64,000 bases of DNA from an uncultured archaeon (GCA_964493715.1 CAZBPC010000002.1:73637-137636), one strand, 5' to 3'; positions 1-10,973 are shown, numbered from the stretch's first letter. Notes: generated by a model from the sequence alone, not told the origin. Translations and numbers: made by a program.

Positions 1-2
1 TG

Positions 3-257
3 CAGATCGAAAACTCGATGAGTGAAGCTTCCCTCGCAATTGAGGAGTTAGAAAAAGCAGACCCTAATACCATTGTATATAAAAATATTGGTGGAATTAT
101 GGTGAAAAGTGAAAGAAACAAGCTACTTGATGAAAAAAAATCACTAAAAATAACACTTGAAATGAGATCTAAAACGCTTGCTCAAAATATCAATAGAACC
201 AAAAGTAATTTGGAAACTATGCAAAAATCTCTTCAAAACGATCTACAAATTAATTAA
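3..257 (+). CDS. pfdB: Prefoldin beta subunit (5'-truncated by window edge)
   Basis: VYKNIGGIMV beta-hairpin between coiled coils; frame is open from position 3, so the true start lies outside the window. Confidence 0.85.
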   Translation, partial: QIENSMSEASLAIEELEKADPNTIVYKNIGGIMVKSERNKLLDEKKSLKITLEMRSKTLAQNINRTKSNLETMQKSLQNDLQIN

Positions 258-270
258 CACTGTTTAGTAT

Positions 271-1275
271 ATGTATAATTCTAAAATTGACGAGCTAATT
301 CAATTTTTAAAGGACAAGACGCCTTTAATCACTACTCATAATCTAGTCGATATTGATGCACTCGCCTCAACACATATTTTCAAGTATTTTCTTAATCAAA
401 TTTGGCCAAACAAGAATGTATTCTTAACCTATTCTAAATTCAAGAAATCAACAAAGAGTTTCATTTTAAAATTCAATCAGAAATTTCCCAAAATTGATCT
501 ATATGGAGACAAAGATTACGATCTTTCTCAAATTGATGTAATAATAATTTTAGATTCAAATAATTACAATCAAGTAATTATAAACGGAGTAGAAAATATT
601 ACAAAACTGGAAATCCCCTTCATTTTTATTGATCATCATTTAAATTTAAATCCAAATAGCTCTGCATTTAATTTAATAGATGATACACGATATTCTACTT
701 CAGAAATAATTTATGAATTTTATGCCCAAAAATCTTTAAAATTGTCAACACCTTACATTTTTCTTCTTATAGCAGGCATTTTAACTGATACAGGTTTTTT
801 TAAATATAGTGATAATGATTCAATAAAACTTATTTCAAGTTTACTAACACCAAAAATTGAGTTCCAAGAGGTAAAGAAGTTAATAGAAATTGAAAAAGAC
901 ATCTCAGAGAAAATTGCTGAAATTAAAGGGCTGCAAAGAGTAAAATTAATTCGTGTAGAAGATTGGTTAATTGGTATAACCCAAGTGAGTAATTTTAGAG
1001 CTTCTGTTGCATCTACTTTATTAAACGTTGGATTTGATGTAAGTATTGTATATTCAATCGATAAAACGGGTATTAGAATAACTACGAGGGCAAAAAATGC
1101 TGTATGTCAGAAATCAAGATTGCATCTTGGTAAAATTTTAAATGAATTACATCAAGGTAGCGGGGGTGGGCATAATGGGGCTGCTAGCGTATATATTAAA
1201 GATAAGACTGATGAAATTCTTGATGAATTGATACAAGAAATAAAACAAACTTTAATTAACGACCTTTCGTTATAA
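271..1275 (+). CDS. DHH/DHHA1 family phosphoesterase
   Basis: THNLVDIDA, ILD, IDHH, GILTDTG and GGGHNGAA motifs; follows prefoldin beta as is usual in archaea. Confidence 0.9.
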   Translation: MYNSKIDELIQFLKDKTPLITTHNLVDIDALASTHIFKYFLNQIWPNKNVFLTYSKFKKSTKSFILKFNQKFPKIDLYGDKDYDLSQIDVIIILDSNNYNQVIINGVENITKLEIPFIFIDHHLNLNPNSSAFNLIDDTRYSTSEIIYEFYAQKSLKLSTPYIFLLIAGILTDTGFFKYSDNDSIKLISSLLTPKIEFQEVKKLIEIEKDISEKIAEIKGLQRVKLIRVEDWLIGITQVSNFRASVASTLLNVGFDVSIVYSIDKTGIRITTRAKNAVCQKSRLHLGKILNELHQGSGGGHNGAASVYIKDKTDEILDELIQEIKQTLINDLSL

Positions 1276-1303
1276 ATAAAAGAAAAGTAGACCCGTTAAC
1301 ACG

Positions 1304-2140
1304 ATGAGCTTAGTTAAGTTTCATAATTTTTATTTTCGGTATAAAGGAAATGAGATCTATGCTTTAAATGATATTAATTTATCAATTGAAAATGATAAAT
1401 TTATATTATTGGCTGGAGAAACCGGTTCAGGAAAGACTTCCTTAATACGGTGTATGAATGGGTTAATTCCTCAATTTTATACAGGGTATTATAAAGGGTG
1501 TGTTGAAGTTCAAGGTAGAGAAACGACATCAACATCTATCGCAGCTCTCTCTTCTGAAGTAGGAGTTGTTTTTCAAAATCCTGAGAATCAGTTAATTACA
1601 ATGAATGTAGAACATGAACTTGCCTTTGGATTGGAAAATATTGGAATTTCCCCTAAAATCATTAAAGATAAAATCCAAGAGGTTGTAGAATTAACTGAAA
1701 TTAAGAATCTTTTATCTAAAGCTCCATTTGAATTAAGTGGTGGAGAACAGCAAAGAGTTGCAATTGCTTCTATTTTAATATTAGAACCAAAACTCATCAT
1801 TCTGGATGAACCGACTGCTAGTTTGGATCCCCTATATGCTCAAAAAATTATTAGCTTATTAAAAAAAATACAAGAAGAAAAAAAGGTGACCATTATAATT
1901 AGTGAACATAGATTAGATTTACTTATATCTTTAATTGATGAGATTATTTTAATGAAAGAAGGAAGGGTTCTTATTCATGACTCAACAGAAAAGGTATTAG
2001 AGAGTGAGGTTTTCGATAATTTGAATATAAATAAACCTATAATTTATTCGATCTTTAATCAATTAAATGTATACCAAAAATCAATCCCTTTTTCTCTTGA
2101 TCAAGCATTAAAAAGGTGCGCTCTTAAAAATGGTAAATGA
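1304..2140 (+). CDS. ecfA1: ECF transporter ATPase A1
   Basis: GETGSGKT, FQNPENQL, LSGGEQQR, ILDEPT. Confidence 0.9.
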   Translation: MSLVKFHNFYFRYKGNEIYALNDINLSIENDKFILLAGETGSGKTSLIRCMNGLIPQFYTGYYKGCVEVQGRETTSTSIAALSSEVGVVFQNPENQLITMNVEHELAFGLENIGISPKIIKDKIQEVVELTEIKNLLSKAPFELSGGEQQRVAIASILILEPKLIILDEPTASLDPLYAQKIISLLKKIQEEKKVTIIISEHRLDLLISLIDEIILMKEGRVLIHDSTEKVLESEVFDNLNINKPIIYSIFNQLNVYQKSIPFSLDQALKRCALKNGK

Positions 2141-2984
2141 TATTAATTCATTAATACGCTTTCAAGATGTTAATTTTTCCTACCCCAATGGAACGATAGC
2201 ATTAAAGGAGATAAATCTTAAAATTAGTAGAGGTGAAAAAATTGCAATTATGGGGCAAAATGGGGCAGGAAAAACAACTTTAATTCGAATGTTAAATGGA
2301 TTACTTCGACCTACATCTGGTCGAGTTTTGATTGAAGGAATTGATATCATTAATTCTACAATAGGTTCATTATCAAAAAAAGTAGGTATTATATTTCAAA
2401 ATCCTATGCACCAATTATTTTCAAATACTGTAGCAGAAGAAATTAAATTTTCCTTGAAGAGTTTGGATTTAGGTAAAGAAGAAGTAGAAGAGAAAACTAA
2501 TACTATTTTAAGGGAGTATGGTTTTGAAAAATATGCGGATCATTCACCAATGAATTTGTCTGGCGGTGAATCAAAAAAATTAGCGAATGCTTCAATTATG
2601 TGCCGTGATCCGGATGTTTTGGTCTTTGATGAACCAACTCTCGGTCAAGATGCTAATGAAATTAAAATTTTTCTAGATATGCTTGAAAAAGAGGGTAGGA
2701 AGAAAAAAACAATAATAATGGTTACTCATAATGTAGAATTTGCATTTGAACATGTTCCACGAGTAGTTTTAATGACTAACGGAAGAATTCTCGCAGATGG
2801 ACCTACAACCAGATTATTAACTAATGAAACTCTTGTTCATCGTTCCTCATTAATATTACCTCAAGTTTTTAGGTTAAAATTAGGGTTGAAAACCCTAGGA
2901 TTGGAAGTACCCGATAATGTAATAAATCAAGCAGATATGGTAAAATTCCTCTCTAACTATTTTGAGACGGAAAGTAAGAGGTGA
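2130..2984 (+). CDS. ecfA2: ECF transporter ATPase A2
   Basis: GQNGAGKT, FQNPMHQL, LSGGE, FDEPTLGQD. Confidence 0.9.
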   Translation: MVNDINSLIRFQDVNFSYPNGTIALKEINLKISRGEKIAIMGQNGAGKTTLIRMLNGLLRPTSGRVLIEGIDIINSTIGSLSKKVGIIFQNPMHQLFSNTVAEEIKFSLKSLDLGKEEVEEKTNTILREYGFEKYADHSPMNLSGGESKKLANASIMCRDPDVLVFDEPTLGQDANEIKIFLDMLEKEGRKKKTIIMVTHNVEFAFEHVPRVVLMTNGRILADGPTTRLLTNETLVHRSSLILPQVFRLKLGLKTLGLEVPDNVINQADMVKFLSNYFETESKR

Positions 2985-3747
2985 AAAATTGTCATTACAA
3001 TTTTTGAATGCTTTTAGATTTTTAAAGAAGAATACTTTAATACACAACCTTGATCCACGCGCTAAACTCTTATTTGCTATTATTTATACTTTAAATGCTT
3101 TAATGTTTAATGAGATATTACCTTTAATGATATTGTTTATTAGTTTAATACCTCTCATCCTTCTTGGTAAATTATTCAAATCATGGTTTAAAAGCTTAAA
3201 AGGCATGTCCTTTCTCTTTATCATCATTATCCTGTTAAATACCTTATTTATTTCATTGAATTTTGCAATTGCAATGACCCTTAGAATATCGATAATGCTA
3301 TCCGCATTCTCTGTTTTTTTTCTAACTGTCGATCCAAATGATTTAGCTTTATCTTTAATATCCATGAAAGTTCCATACGAATTTGCCTTCTCATTTTCAT
3401 TAGCATTTAGATTTGTTCCTACTATTGCAATAGAAGCCCAAAATATTATGGATGCACAACAAAGTAGGGGGTATGAAATGCAGCAGAAAGGTATAATTAA
3501 CCAAGTGAAAAATCTATTTCCTCTCTTAGTCCCTCTAATAATAAGCTCTATAAAGAGAGCTTTCAATGTGGCAGAAGCGTTGGAATCAAGAGCTTTTGGA
3601 AGTGAAAAGAAGCGTACGTATTATTTTACGATTAAATACACAGCTAAAGATTGGTTATTCACGTTGTATTTATTAGCATTAATATCTATACTAATTATCA
3701 TAAGGATTAATATGCCGATCTGGCTTTATTGGAGTATTCCAGTATGA
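2962..3747 (+). CDS. ecfT: ECF transporter transmembrane component T (CbiQ family); start possibly TTG at 2989
   Basis: LDPRAK, RFVPT, AQQSRG and ALESRAF motifs; hydrophobic. Confidence 0.9.
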   Translation: MRRKVRGEKLSLQFLNAFRFLKKNTLIHNLDPRAKLLFAIIYTLNALMFNEILPLMILFISLIPLILLGKLFKSWFKSLKGMSFLFIIIILLNTLFISLNFAIAMTLRISIMLSAFSVFFLTVDPNDLALSLISMKVPYEFAFSFSLAFRFVPTIAIEAQNIMDAQQSRGYEMQQKGIINQVKNLFPLLVPLIISSIKRAFNVAEALESRAFGSEKKRTYYFTIKYTAKDWLFTLYLLALISILIIIRINMPIWLYWSIPV

Positions 3748-4400
3748 TTACAAGAGCAATTATAATTAGTGAATTCGATTTGAAATATAGTGTTGGTATC
3801 TCGAAAATCCAATTGGGATTAAGTTCCTTGAGTTTGGAGGGACTCGTTAAATTGATTGAGGATATTCAAAAAGACAAGAAAGGATCTATGATACAATTTT
3901 TTAATGAGGAGTTCATTCTAAACTCAGAACACGTGTTTAACGCCGCTTATTTTACAATTAAAGCGTTTCATAATGGGATAAACATATCTAATCAAAAAAA
4001 TTTAGAATTTATCCTTTATTTAGCATCAAAAAGACAAATAAAACAATGTTTACAAGATTTTGGATTAAAACCTATACACATATCTAACAAAGAACTCACA
4101 TATTGCATTATATCTTCTTCAACGGAGCTCTCTCTAATAGATGAAGTCATCCTTCAAAAATTAAATGCTAAACATTTGCCTCTCGATTTGAATAAAATTA
4201 ATTATGATAAATTTAAACGTGTTAAAGATTATTTCCAAATATCGGACAATCAAATTTCAGTTGTCTTAAAAACATATAGTTTGAAATTTCTATCGGAAAC
4301 ACCCTCTAAAGAAGATTTAATTAGTTTATACCAAGTAATAAATGACTTATTATGTGAAAAAATGGCACTGTTAAGTTTAGAGAAAATAAAGGTTAATTAA
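3729..4400 (+). CDS. cgi121: KEOPS complex subunit Cgi121
   Basis: IQFFN...HVFNAA...EFILYLASKRQIKQ pattern. Confidence 0.8.
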   Translation: MEYSSMITRAIIISEFDLKYSVGISKIQLGLSSLSLEGLVKLIEDIQKDKKGSMIQFFNEEFILNSEHVFNAAYFTIKAFHNGINISNQKNLEFILYLASKRQIKQCLQDFGLKPIHISNKELTYCIISSSTELSLIDEVILQKLNAKHLPLDLNKINYDKFKRVKDYFQISDNQISVVLKTYSLKFLSETPSKEDLISLYQVINDLLCEKMALLSLEKIKVN

Positions 4401-4930
4401 ATCTTACAATTCTCTTTAGAAGCTTTAATGATATCATTTACTTGTAAAAATGATATTCCACAAAAATTTCCTAAAATTTCTATCCTTATTATCTTATCAG
4501 GATTGTCCAAATCCACTTTATTGTTAAAAATTTCTGCGATAACCTTAATTAACTGAGTTCTATTAATAATTTCATTATTCCGTCTTTTCAAATCTATCCG
4601 AAAGGACGCATTTTCCTTAAGATATTCTTTATGATGCTTTAGGATAATTTCTTTTATGACATCAACATTAGTTTCACATACAAAATCAATTGGAACTATT
4701 TTTAAAATATATTGAAAAAAATTTGGATCTGTTTTCAATAATTCTTTAATTTTAGAAATTACCTCCTCTCTTCTAAGAGCTGTAAATACAGTTAATAAAC
4801 CTTGAAATTCTAGACTGGAAATAATTGGATAGCGATCTCCACATATTAAAAAAGTAAACCATAATTCTGCCTTAGCATTAATCTCATTAAAACGGGAAGT
4901 TGATACTAAAAAATTGAAATTATTCGTCAT
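4397..4930 (-). CDS. THUMP domain RNA-binding protein
   Basis: ILKIVPID, SFRIDLKRR, KVDLDNPDKIIRIEILG. Confidence 0.85.
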   Translation of the reverse strand: MTNNFNFLVSTSRFNEINAKAELWFTFLICGDRYPIISSLEFQGLLTVFTALRREEVISKIKELLKTDPNFFQYILKIVPIDFVCETNVDVIKEIILKHHKEYLKENASFRIDLKRRNNEIINRTQLIKVIAEIFNNKVDLDNPDKIIRIEILGNFCGISFLQVNDIIKASKENCKI

Positions 4931-4943
4931 GTTCTTTAGATCA

Positions 4944-5612
4944 TTAATATTCTGTTTTTTTCAATACATCGAGAACCTCTTCTTCCGAAATTGCACCTAT
5001 TCTTAGAAATTTCGGTTCTTGGGAAGTACAATCTACAATAGTGGTAGATATTTTAGATTTTGATTTACCCCCATCAATAATAAAATCAATTGGACTTAAA
5101 AATTTATGGGCAACCTCATCTCCACTAATTGAAGGAGGTTCTCCTGAATAATTCGCTGAGGTTCCAATGATTCCTCCAAAACTTCCTCTGGCTTTTAACT
5201 TTTCCAGTATTTTCATAATTATGTTATTTTCTGGAACTCTAATACCAAGGGTGTTTTGAAATGCGGAGACCTCTTCTGGAATAATACATGATTCCCTCCT
5301 TTTTAATATCAATGTCAATTGTCCCGGCCAATAGTGTTTTACTAAAATTTTTGCCATTTTATTGAATTGAGCTATTTTAATTGCCTCTTCATAATTAGAA
5401 ACTAATAATAATAACCCTTTTTTTCGATCTCGAAATTTTATTTCAAAAATCCTTTCAATTACATCTTTATTGAGAGGATCACCTCCAATTCCATATACAG
5501 AATCAGTTGGAAAAGCGATCAATTTACCCTCAATGATGTTATCTACAGCAACCTCAAGGTATAAATCAATTTCATTAAGTGTTTTTTTGTTAAGCTTTAT
5601 TAGAAAACCCAT
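4944..5612 (-). CDS. sua5: L-threonylcarbamoyladenylate synthase (YrdC/Sua5, short form)
   Basis: FPTDSVYGIG, KFR, WPGQLT, GTSANYSG, STTIVD. Confidence 0.92.
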   Translation of the reverse strand: MGFLIKLNKKTLNEIDLYLEVAVDNIIEGKLIAFPTDSVYGIGGDPLNKDVIERIFEIKFRDRKKGLLLLVSNYEEAIKIAQFNKMAKILVKHYWPGQLTLILKRRESCIIPEEVSAFQNTLGIRVPENNIIMKILEKLKARGSFGGIIGTSANYSGEPPSISGDEVAHKFLSPIDFIIDGGKSKSKISTTIVDCTSQEPKFLRIGAISEEEVLDVLKKTEY

Positions 5613-5670
5613 TAGAACTCTCTTTAATAATAATTTTGTAAAAAAATCTGAAATATAATAATAAAAAAAT

Positions 5671-6609
5671 TTAGGTAGAATTTTCTTGGCATTTTATTTC
5701 ATTGGCGATTTTTACCCATTGAAGATCAAGTCTCTCTTGAAGTTCAATTAGAACTTTCTCTGATACTTTAGAAAATCTTTTTTGGCGGGACAAATAATCT
5801 ATTAATGGCGCTCTTTTTGAAGGATCTAATAATGGTTTACTCTTTTTTGATAAGCTCATAACCCCATTTTCAATTTCATATAAAATCCAAGATCCTGTCT
5901 TAACTGCAAGACGAGGAATTTCTATAGAATCTTCAGAGGGTATTCCCCATCCTGGGGGACAAGATGCTAACACATGGATATATTTACATCCTTCAATAGA
6001 TTTCGCTTTCTTAAATTTCTCGAAAAGATCTAAAGGTTCACTGACAGAACAAGTAGCAACATAGGGAATTTCATGTGCTGCCATTATTTGCGGAAGATTT
6101 TTTTTGTATTGTTCCTTTCCCAAAGTGGTAGTTGTTGTAATTGCACCATGGGGTGTACTTGATGAACGCTGAATTCCCGTGTTCATATATGCTTCATTAT
6201 CATAACAACAATATATGATATTTGAATTTCTCTCAGCAGCACCACTTAATCCTTGAATTCCTATATCAGTTGTTCCTCCATCACCTGCAAAAACTAAAGT
6301 TGTCATTTTTTCCCACACTTTACCAGGAAACCTATAAGCTTTTGCTTTAAAGGCTGCAGAAACACCCGTTGCTGCAGCAGCGCCTGCTGCAAATGCCATA
6401 TTAATAAATGGGAAGTTTGGAGCTGCTTTAGGCCATAATCCTACAACTACATTTAAACAACTTGCAGGTGTGACTAAAGATGTATTTGGTCCAAGAGCTT
6501 TCATTGCCCATCTTAAAGCAATTTCAAGTCCACAACCAGCACAAGTAGAGTTCCCTGGTAGAAAAAATTCCTCTTTATAGTTCTCTAAAGCTTCTTTTAT
6601 TGAAACCAT
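5671..6609 (-). CDS. porB: 2-oxoacid:ferredoxin oxidoreductase beta subunit
   Basis: CAGCG, GDGG..DIG TPP motif, YDNEAYMNTGIQRS, CPPGW. Confidence 0.92.
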   Translation of the reverse strand: MVSIKEALENYKEEFFLPGNSTCAGCGLEIALRWAMKALGPNTSLVTPASCLNVVVGLWPKAAPNFPFINMAFAAGAAAATGVSAAFKAKAYRFPGKVWEKMTTLVFAGDGGTTDIGIQGLSGAAERNSNIIYCCYDNEAYMNTGIQRSSSTPHGAITTTTTLGKEQYKKNLPQIMAAHEIPYVATCSVSEPLDLFEKFKKAKSIEGCKYIHVLASCPPGWGIPSEDSIEIPRLAVKTGSWILYEIENGVMSLSKKSKPLLDPSKRAPLIDYLSRQKRFSKVSEKVLIELQERLDLQWVKIANEIKCQENST

Positions 6610-6611
6610 TT

Positions 6612-7880
6612 TTATTCTACCTCCAATAAGCCATCCCAGAAAGTTCCATCAATCATCTCCCTTGGGAGTTCCCCAGTTTCATTCAACTTTATCAACATTT
6701 TAAGCTGGTTCTTTTGCTGTTCTAAGCTTACTTCTCTTCCTCCCAAACCCATAATGATTGGCAAAACTTGTGTAGAGACACCTGAATTATATAATGCCGA
6801 TTTCACTTCACTACTTAAAGGTCCACCAGTAGGAGAACCAAATGCTGTAGCTCTATCCGCTACCCCAAGAACTTTGACTTTCCTCGCAATATTTATAACA
6901 TCTTCTACAGGAAAAGGTCTAAAATAACGTAATTTAACACAACCCACTTTATATCCTTCTTCTCTTAAATCATCAACTGCTTGTTCCATTTGCATGGCTA
7001 ATTCTCCATAATTTATTATTGCTACATCAGCATCATTCATTCTATACTCTTGAATCAATCCATTCCCGTACTGTCTTCCAAAAGTGGTTCCAAATTCGTC
7101 CGTAACTTCTTTTATTTTTTCTTTAGCTAATAGCATTGTATGGTGAATTTTCAATCTAAACTCATTATAAAAACCAGAAGGCATTATTAAATTTCCATGC
7201 ATCATTGGTCTTTCTGGATCAAGAAATATATGTGGCCAACCTCTTTCATCTGGAAGTGGTGGTAAAAATTTATCGACTGCGTCTTGATCTTCTATGGTTA
7301 CTGGTTTAGATGTGTGAGATAGCGTAAATCCACCATATGCGACGAATTTTGGTAATAAAATATCGTAATCTTCACTGATCTTATAAGACATTAAAATATC
7401 ATCATAAATTTCTTGATGATTTGCTGCAAATGAAATCATCCATCCAGTATCTCTGCAACTCATTATATCTGTAAAATCTGCCCAAATATTCCAAGGTGGT
7501 GCTGGTCCTCGTGAAGCTATTGTTGTTACAATGGGTAAACGAGCACCTGCGGCCCAATGAACCATCTCATACATATAAAATAATCCTTGTCCCGAAGTAG
7601 CTGTGAAAGTGCGAGTTCCTGCAGTACTTGCACCAATAATTGAAGCCATCACTGAGTGTTCTGATTCTACTTTAATATATTCTGTTCCAGGCATCTCACC
7701 ATTATCCACAAACTCGGATAGTTTTTCTACCACAGTAGTTTGTGGAGTAATTGGATAAGCACTTATCACTTGAACACGCGCGGACTTTGCAGCGTATGCT
7801 GCTGCCACGTTCCCCTTTATTATTTTGGTTTCTCTTTCTTGCACAAAATCTTCTTGTGTTTCCACCATATTAATCTTCAC
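6612..7880 (-). CDS. porA: 2-oxoacid:ferredoxin oxidoreductase alpha subunit
   Basis: AYPITPQT, VESEHS, TATSGQGL, GLGGRE. Confidence 0.92.
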   Translation of the reverse strand: MKINMVETQEDFVQERETKIIKGNVAAAYAAKSARVQVISAYPITPQTTVVEKLSEFVDNGEMPGTEYIKVESEHSVMASIIGASTAGTRTFTATSGQGLFYMYEMVHWAAGARLPIVTTIASRGPAPPWNIWADFTDIMSCRDTGWMISFAANHQEIYDDILMSYKISEDYDILLPKFVAYGGFTLSHTSKPVTIEDQDAVDKFLPPLPDERGWPHIFLDPERPMMHGNLIMPSGFYNEFRLKIHHTMLLAKEKIKEVTDEFGTTFGRQYGNGLIQEYRMNDADVAIINYGELAMQMEQAVDDLREEGYKVGCVKLRYFRPFPVEDVINIARKVKVLGVADRATAFGSPTGGPLSSEVKSALYNSGVSTQVLPIIMGLGGREVSLEQQKNQLKMLIKLNETGELPREMIDGTFWDGLLEVE

Positions 7881-8208
7881 TCTCCCTTACCATTTCTATA
7901 CTTTTAGTTGGGCATTCTTTAGCACATATTCCACATCCCTTACAATATACATAATCGACTTCAAATTCTCCTTCTTCATTTCTGATTATAGTAGCTTCGG
8001 GGCAATACATCCAGCAAATCCCACATTTTGTACAAGTATCTCTATTAACGACTGGTTTAAACGTTCTCCAATCTCCTGTCGTACCTATACTGCCTTTAAT
8101 AGGAAATGATATAGGAATTGGAGGTAATTCTTTCCAGTTATGATATTCTTGTACTTCTGGTCTTTTATCTTTATCTTCACATATATTTTTCCATTTCACT
8201 TTGATCAT
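7870..8208 (-). CDS. porD: 2-oxoacid:ferredoxin oxidoreductase delta subunit (2x[4Fe-4S])
   Basis: TGDWRTFKP, CTKCGICWMYCP, CKGCGICAKECP. Confidence 0.92.
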   Translation of the reverse strand: MIKVKWKNICEDKDKRPEVQEYHNWKELPPIPISFPIKGSIGTTGDWRTFKPVVNRDTCTKCGICWMYCPEATIIRNEEGEFEVDYVYCKGCGICAKECPTKSIEMVRESED

Positions 8209-8837
8209 TCATACTCAACCTCCTTAACACTATTGTATGCTTCAATAGCAACATCCATATTTTTCTTGCCTCGACTCTCTCCAAATTCTTTATATATAAC
8301 TTTTTTCATTGTATCGATGTCATAATAACCCGTCATTTTACCAAATGCTCCTAACATGGGAATATTTAGTATGGGTCCACTGGAATGCATGAAATTTTGT
8401 TTAATACATATACCAGTAGCATCTACTATGAAATATTTGACATTTTCAGGAAAATCACAGGTATCAATTGGATTTTTGCTGTTAATAAGTAAAGTAACTC
8501 CACTTTTTATAGTGGCCATAATAGCAGGAATATCTAATAATGATGTATCAAAAATTATCATATAATCGGGAGTTTTCACGCTATCAAAGGTCTTTATTTG
8601 TTTATTCCTCGATAACTTAGAAAATGCTTGAATGGGGGCCCCTCTCCGTTCTGCACCTATTATAGGGATTGCTATAGCGTCTTTAAATCCTTTTTCATAG
8701 GCAAGTTGTGCTAATAATTGGCTCGCGGTAATTGCTGTTTGCCCACCGCGACCATGGAAAGTTACCTCTACAATTTTTTCCATATTCGTATCATTCCTCA
8801 TATTAATCAACACATTTAGAAGAAAAATAATTAACAT
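8205..8837 (-). CDS. porG: 2-oxoacid:ferredoxin oxidoreductase gamma subunit (true start probably ATG at 8783)
   Basis: HGRGGQ, GAERRGAP, NIPMLGA. Confidence 0.9.
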   Translation of the reverse strand: MLIIFLLNVLINMRNDTNMEKIVEVTFHGRGGQTAITASQLLAQLAYEKGFKDAIAIPIIGAERRGAPIQAFSKLSRNKQIKTFDSVKTPDYMIIFDTSLLDIPAIMATIKSGVTLLINSKNPIDTCDFPENVKYFIVDATGICIKQNFMHSSGPILNIPMLGAFGKMTGYYDIDTMKKVIYKEFGESRGKKNMDVAIEAYNSVKEVEYE

Positions 8838-9002
8838 TCCATTAAAAATTTCTGGAAAAGAATCATAAGTATACGTTTTAATAAGAATAAATCATTTGAA
8901 ATATCTTAGTTGACAATAAATAGTAAATCTCTTCATATTTTAAAGAATTATACATGAGATACAATAGAAAAAATCAAGAAATAAACGTTAAAATGTGAGC
9001 CA

Positions 9003-9578
9003 ATGTCTGAAAAAGCCAAAGAAATGGAAGAAGAATTTTCATTCAAATGTCCTATTTGTAATAGTGGAACGATCGAAATAACTAAAACAGTTTATGATAT
9101 GACTGACGGAGACAAGATGCTAATTGTTAAATTTGAATGCAATAAATGCACGTTTATAAAAAATGACGTGGTTCCATTAACAACTAGAATTGAACCCGGA
9201 ATTATATCATTACAGGTGATGAATGAAAATGATCTCAAATCTAAAGTTTATCGTTCACCAGTTGGCATATTAGAGATTCCTGAATTAGAAGTGTCAGTGG
9301 AACCGGGTCCACGTGCAGACTTTTATTATACAAATATAGAAGGAATCTTGGAGCGATTTCAGAAAGCAGTGCAAATTTATCGAAATGATCTTGATGAAAA
9401 TGAAGAAAAACAAGCAGAAATCGATGAAATATTAAATAATATTGATAAAGCTATGAAGGGTGATTTTAATTTCACCTTAAAGATAACTGATACGGGTGGA
9501 GGTAGCTATATAATTCCTCAAGATGAATCAAAATATTCCTTTCAAAAAATAGATCTTCCTTTAACCATGGATGAGTAA
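9003..9578 (+). CDS. ZPR1-type zinc finger protein
   Basis: CPIC...CNKC, IPELEVSVEPG, TNIEGIL, FTLKITDTGGGSYI. Confidence 0.88.
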   Translation: MSEKAKEMEEEFSFKCPICNSGTIEITKTVYDMTDGDKMLIVKFECNKCTFIKNDVVPLTTRIEPGIISLQVMNENDLKSKVYRSPVGILEIPELEVSVEPGPRADFYYTNIEGILERFQKAVQIYRNDLDENEEKQAEIDEILNNIDKAMKGDFNFTLKITDTGGGSYIIPQDESKYSFQKIDLPLTMDE

Positions 9579-10016
9579 AAAAGGAACATCATAATTTATT
9601 TGAATAGTTAATACTACTATGAGCTTTATTTTTCTTAAAAAATAAATTGAGATTTATAAAGATATAAAGATAAAAAATATTGAATAAATTTAATTTAAAA
9701 TTAAGATGGTGAATTAACAGAGAAGATTTGAAGGAAATAAAAAAAATAGGAATAGATCATTATAACAGATAAAAGTGAATTTAATTGTTCAGATCCTAAT
9801 CGATCCAAAAGACAAGAAATTAATCCCGGGTTATGTTATTTTGAATATCCTTTAAATAAATCTAGAAAGGATTTTCTTGACAAAGATGTTAATTTTTTAG
9901 AGATAATAGAATCAAAACATTATAATAGATGTTTAACTGACAATATTCAGACTTATCTAAAAAGTCTTGAGGGTGAAATCAGAATTTTATTCGAACCTTT
10001 CATAGAATTTAAGAAT

Positions 10017-10973
10017 ATGGGTGCACTTTTTGGGCTTCATAATAATTACATGCCAAATAATAGGATGTATAAAAATTGTAAAAAAATTATAGCTAAAAGT
10101 ACTTTAGATGAAATGCGAGTTAATTTCAAAAAAAATATTGAAAATTACACAAAGAAATTTCCACATTTGGTAGAGTTATTATTATTGTTTCATTCTGAAA
10201 TTTTGAAATTTATTAATGAATATGAGATAATTCTTCAACCAAAACCTACTCCAGATTATCAAATGTTCAATCACCATCCTAATCTTAAAAGAGATTATTT
10301 TGAAATAATTGATACATATGAAAAAGCGTACTGGCTTGGATTTCTATTTGCTGATGGATGGATAGCAATAGAACATAAAAAATCTGGAGATTATTATCGA
10401 ATGGGGCTCCAATTATCATATAAAGACAAGGATGTGCTTCAGAGGTTTTGTAAAAGTATTGGATTAAATCCTAAATATATAAAAAATCGTCTTGTTGGAA
10501 GTGATTTTAGCACAAAATTATATCATATAGGTGAAATTAGATGGGGAGATCAAAAAATAGCTCAAGATCTTGTAAAATTAGGGATAATATATGGATACAG
10601 TGAACAAAAAGGAAGGCGCGTTAAAACCCCTAGACTTCCAATACTACAGAACCGAAAACTGATGTTGGCATTTTTATCAGGTTTCTATGATGGTGATGGC
10701 ACTCTTGGATTTGATAAGAAGACAGGCAAAATTCGTCCAAGAATTGCCTCTTCTGAAATAGACTTTTTACATCAAATAAAGCAATATTTCGGAATAAAGT
10801 ATCAAATTTCTACAACAGAAATGGTTAAATTTAATATAAGAACAGAGAAAATGGTTAATATAATAGGTAGTAGACTAGATGTTGATAAAGAAATATTTAA
10901 AGAAATGTTAAGTATATTTAAGAATAGTCTTGAAAGAAAGAGAGTTCCAATAGATTTCTTTAATGAAAAATAG
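10017..10973 (+). CDS. Free-standing two-motif LAGLIDADG homing endonuclease-like protein (frame open upstream to about 9756)
   Basis: YWLGFLFADG and FLSGFYDGDG helices; no intein or intron context visible. Confidence 0.8.
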   Translation: MGALFGLHNNYMPNNRMYKNCKKIIAKSTLDEMRVNFKKNIENYTKKFPHLVELLLLFHSEILKFINEYEIILQPKPTPDYQMFNHHPNLKRDYFEIIDTYEKAYWLGFLFADGWIAIEHKKSGDYYRMGLQLSYKDKDVLQRFCKSIGLNPKYIKNRLVGSDFSTKLYHIGEIRWGDQKIAQDLVKLGIIYGYSEQKGRRVKTPRLPILQNRKLMLAFLSGFYDGDGTLGFDKKTGKIRPRIASSEIDFLHQIKQYFGIKYQISTTEMVKFNIRTEKMVNIIGSRLDVDKEIFKEMLSIFKNSLERKRVPIDFFNEK

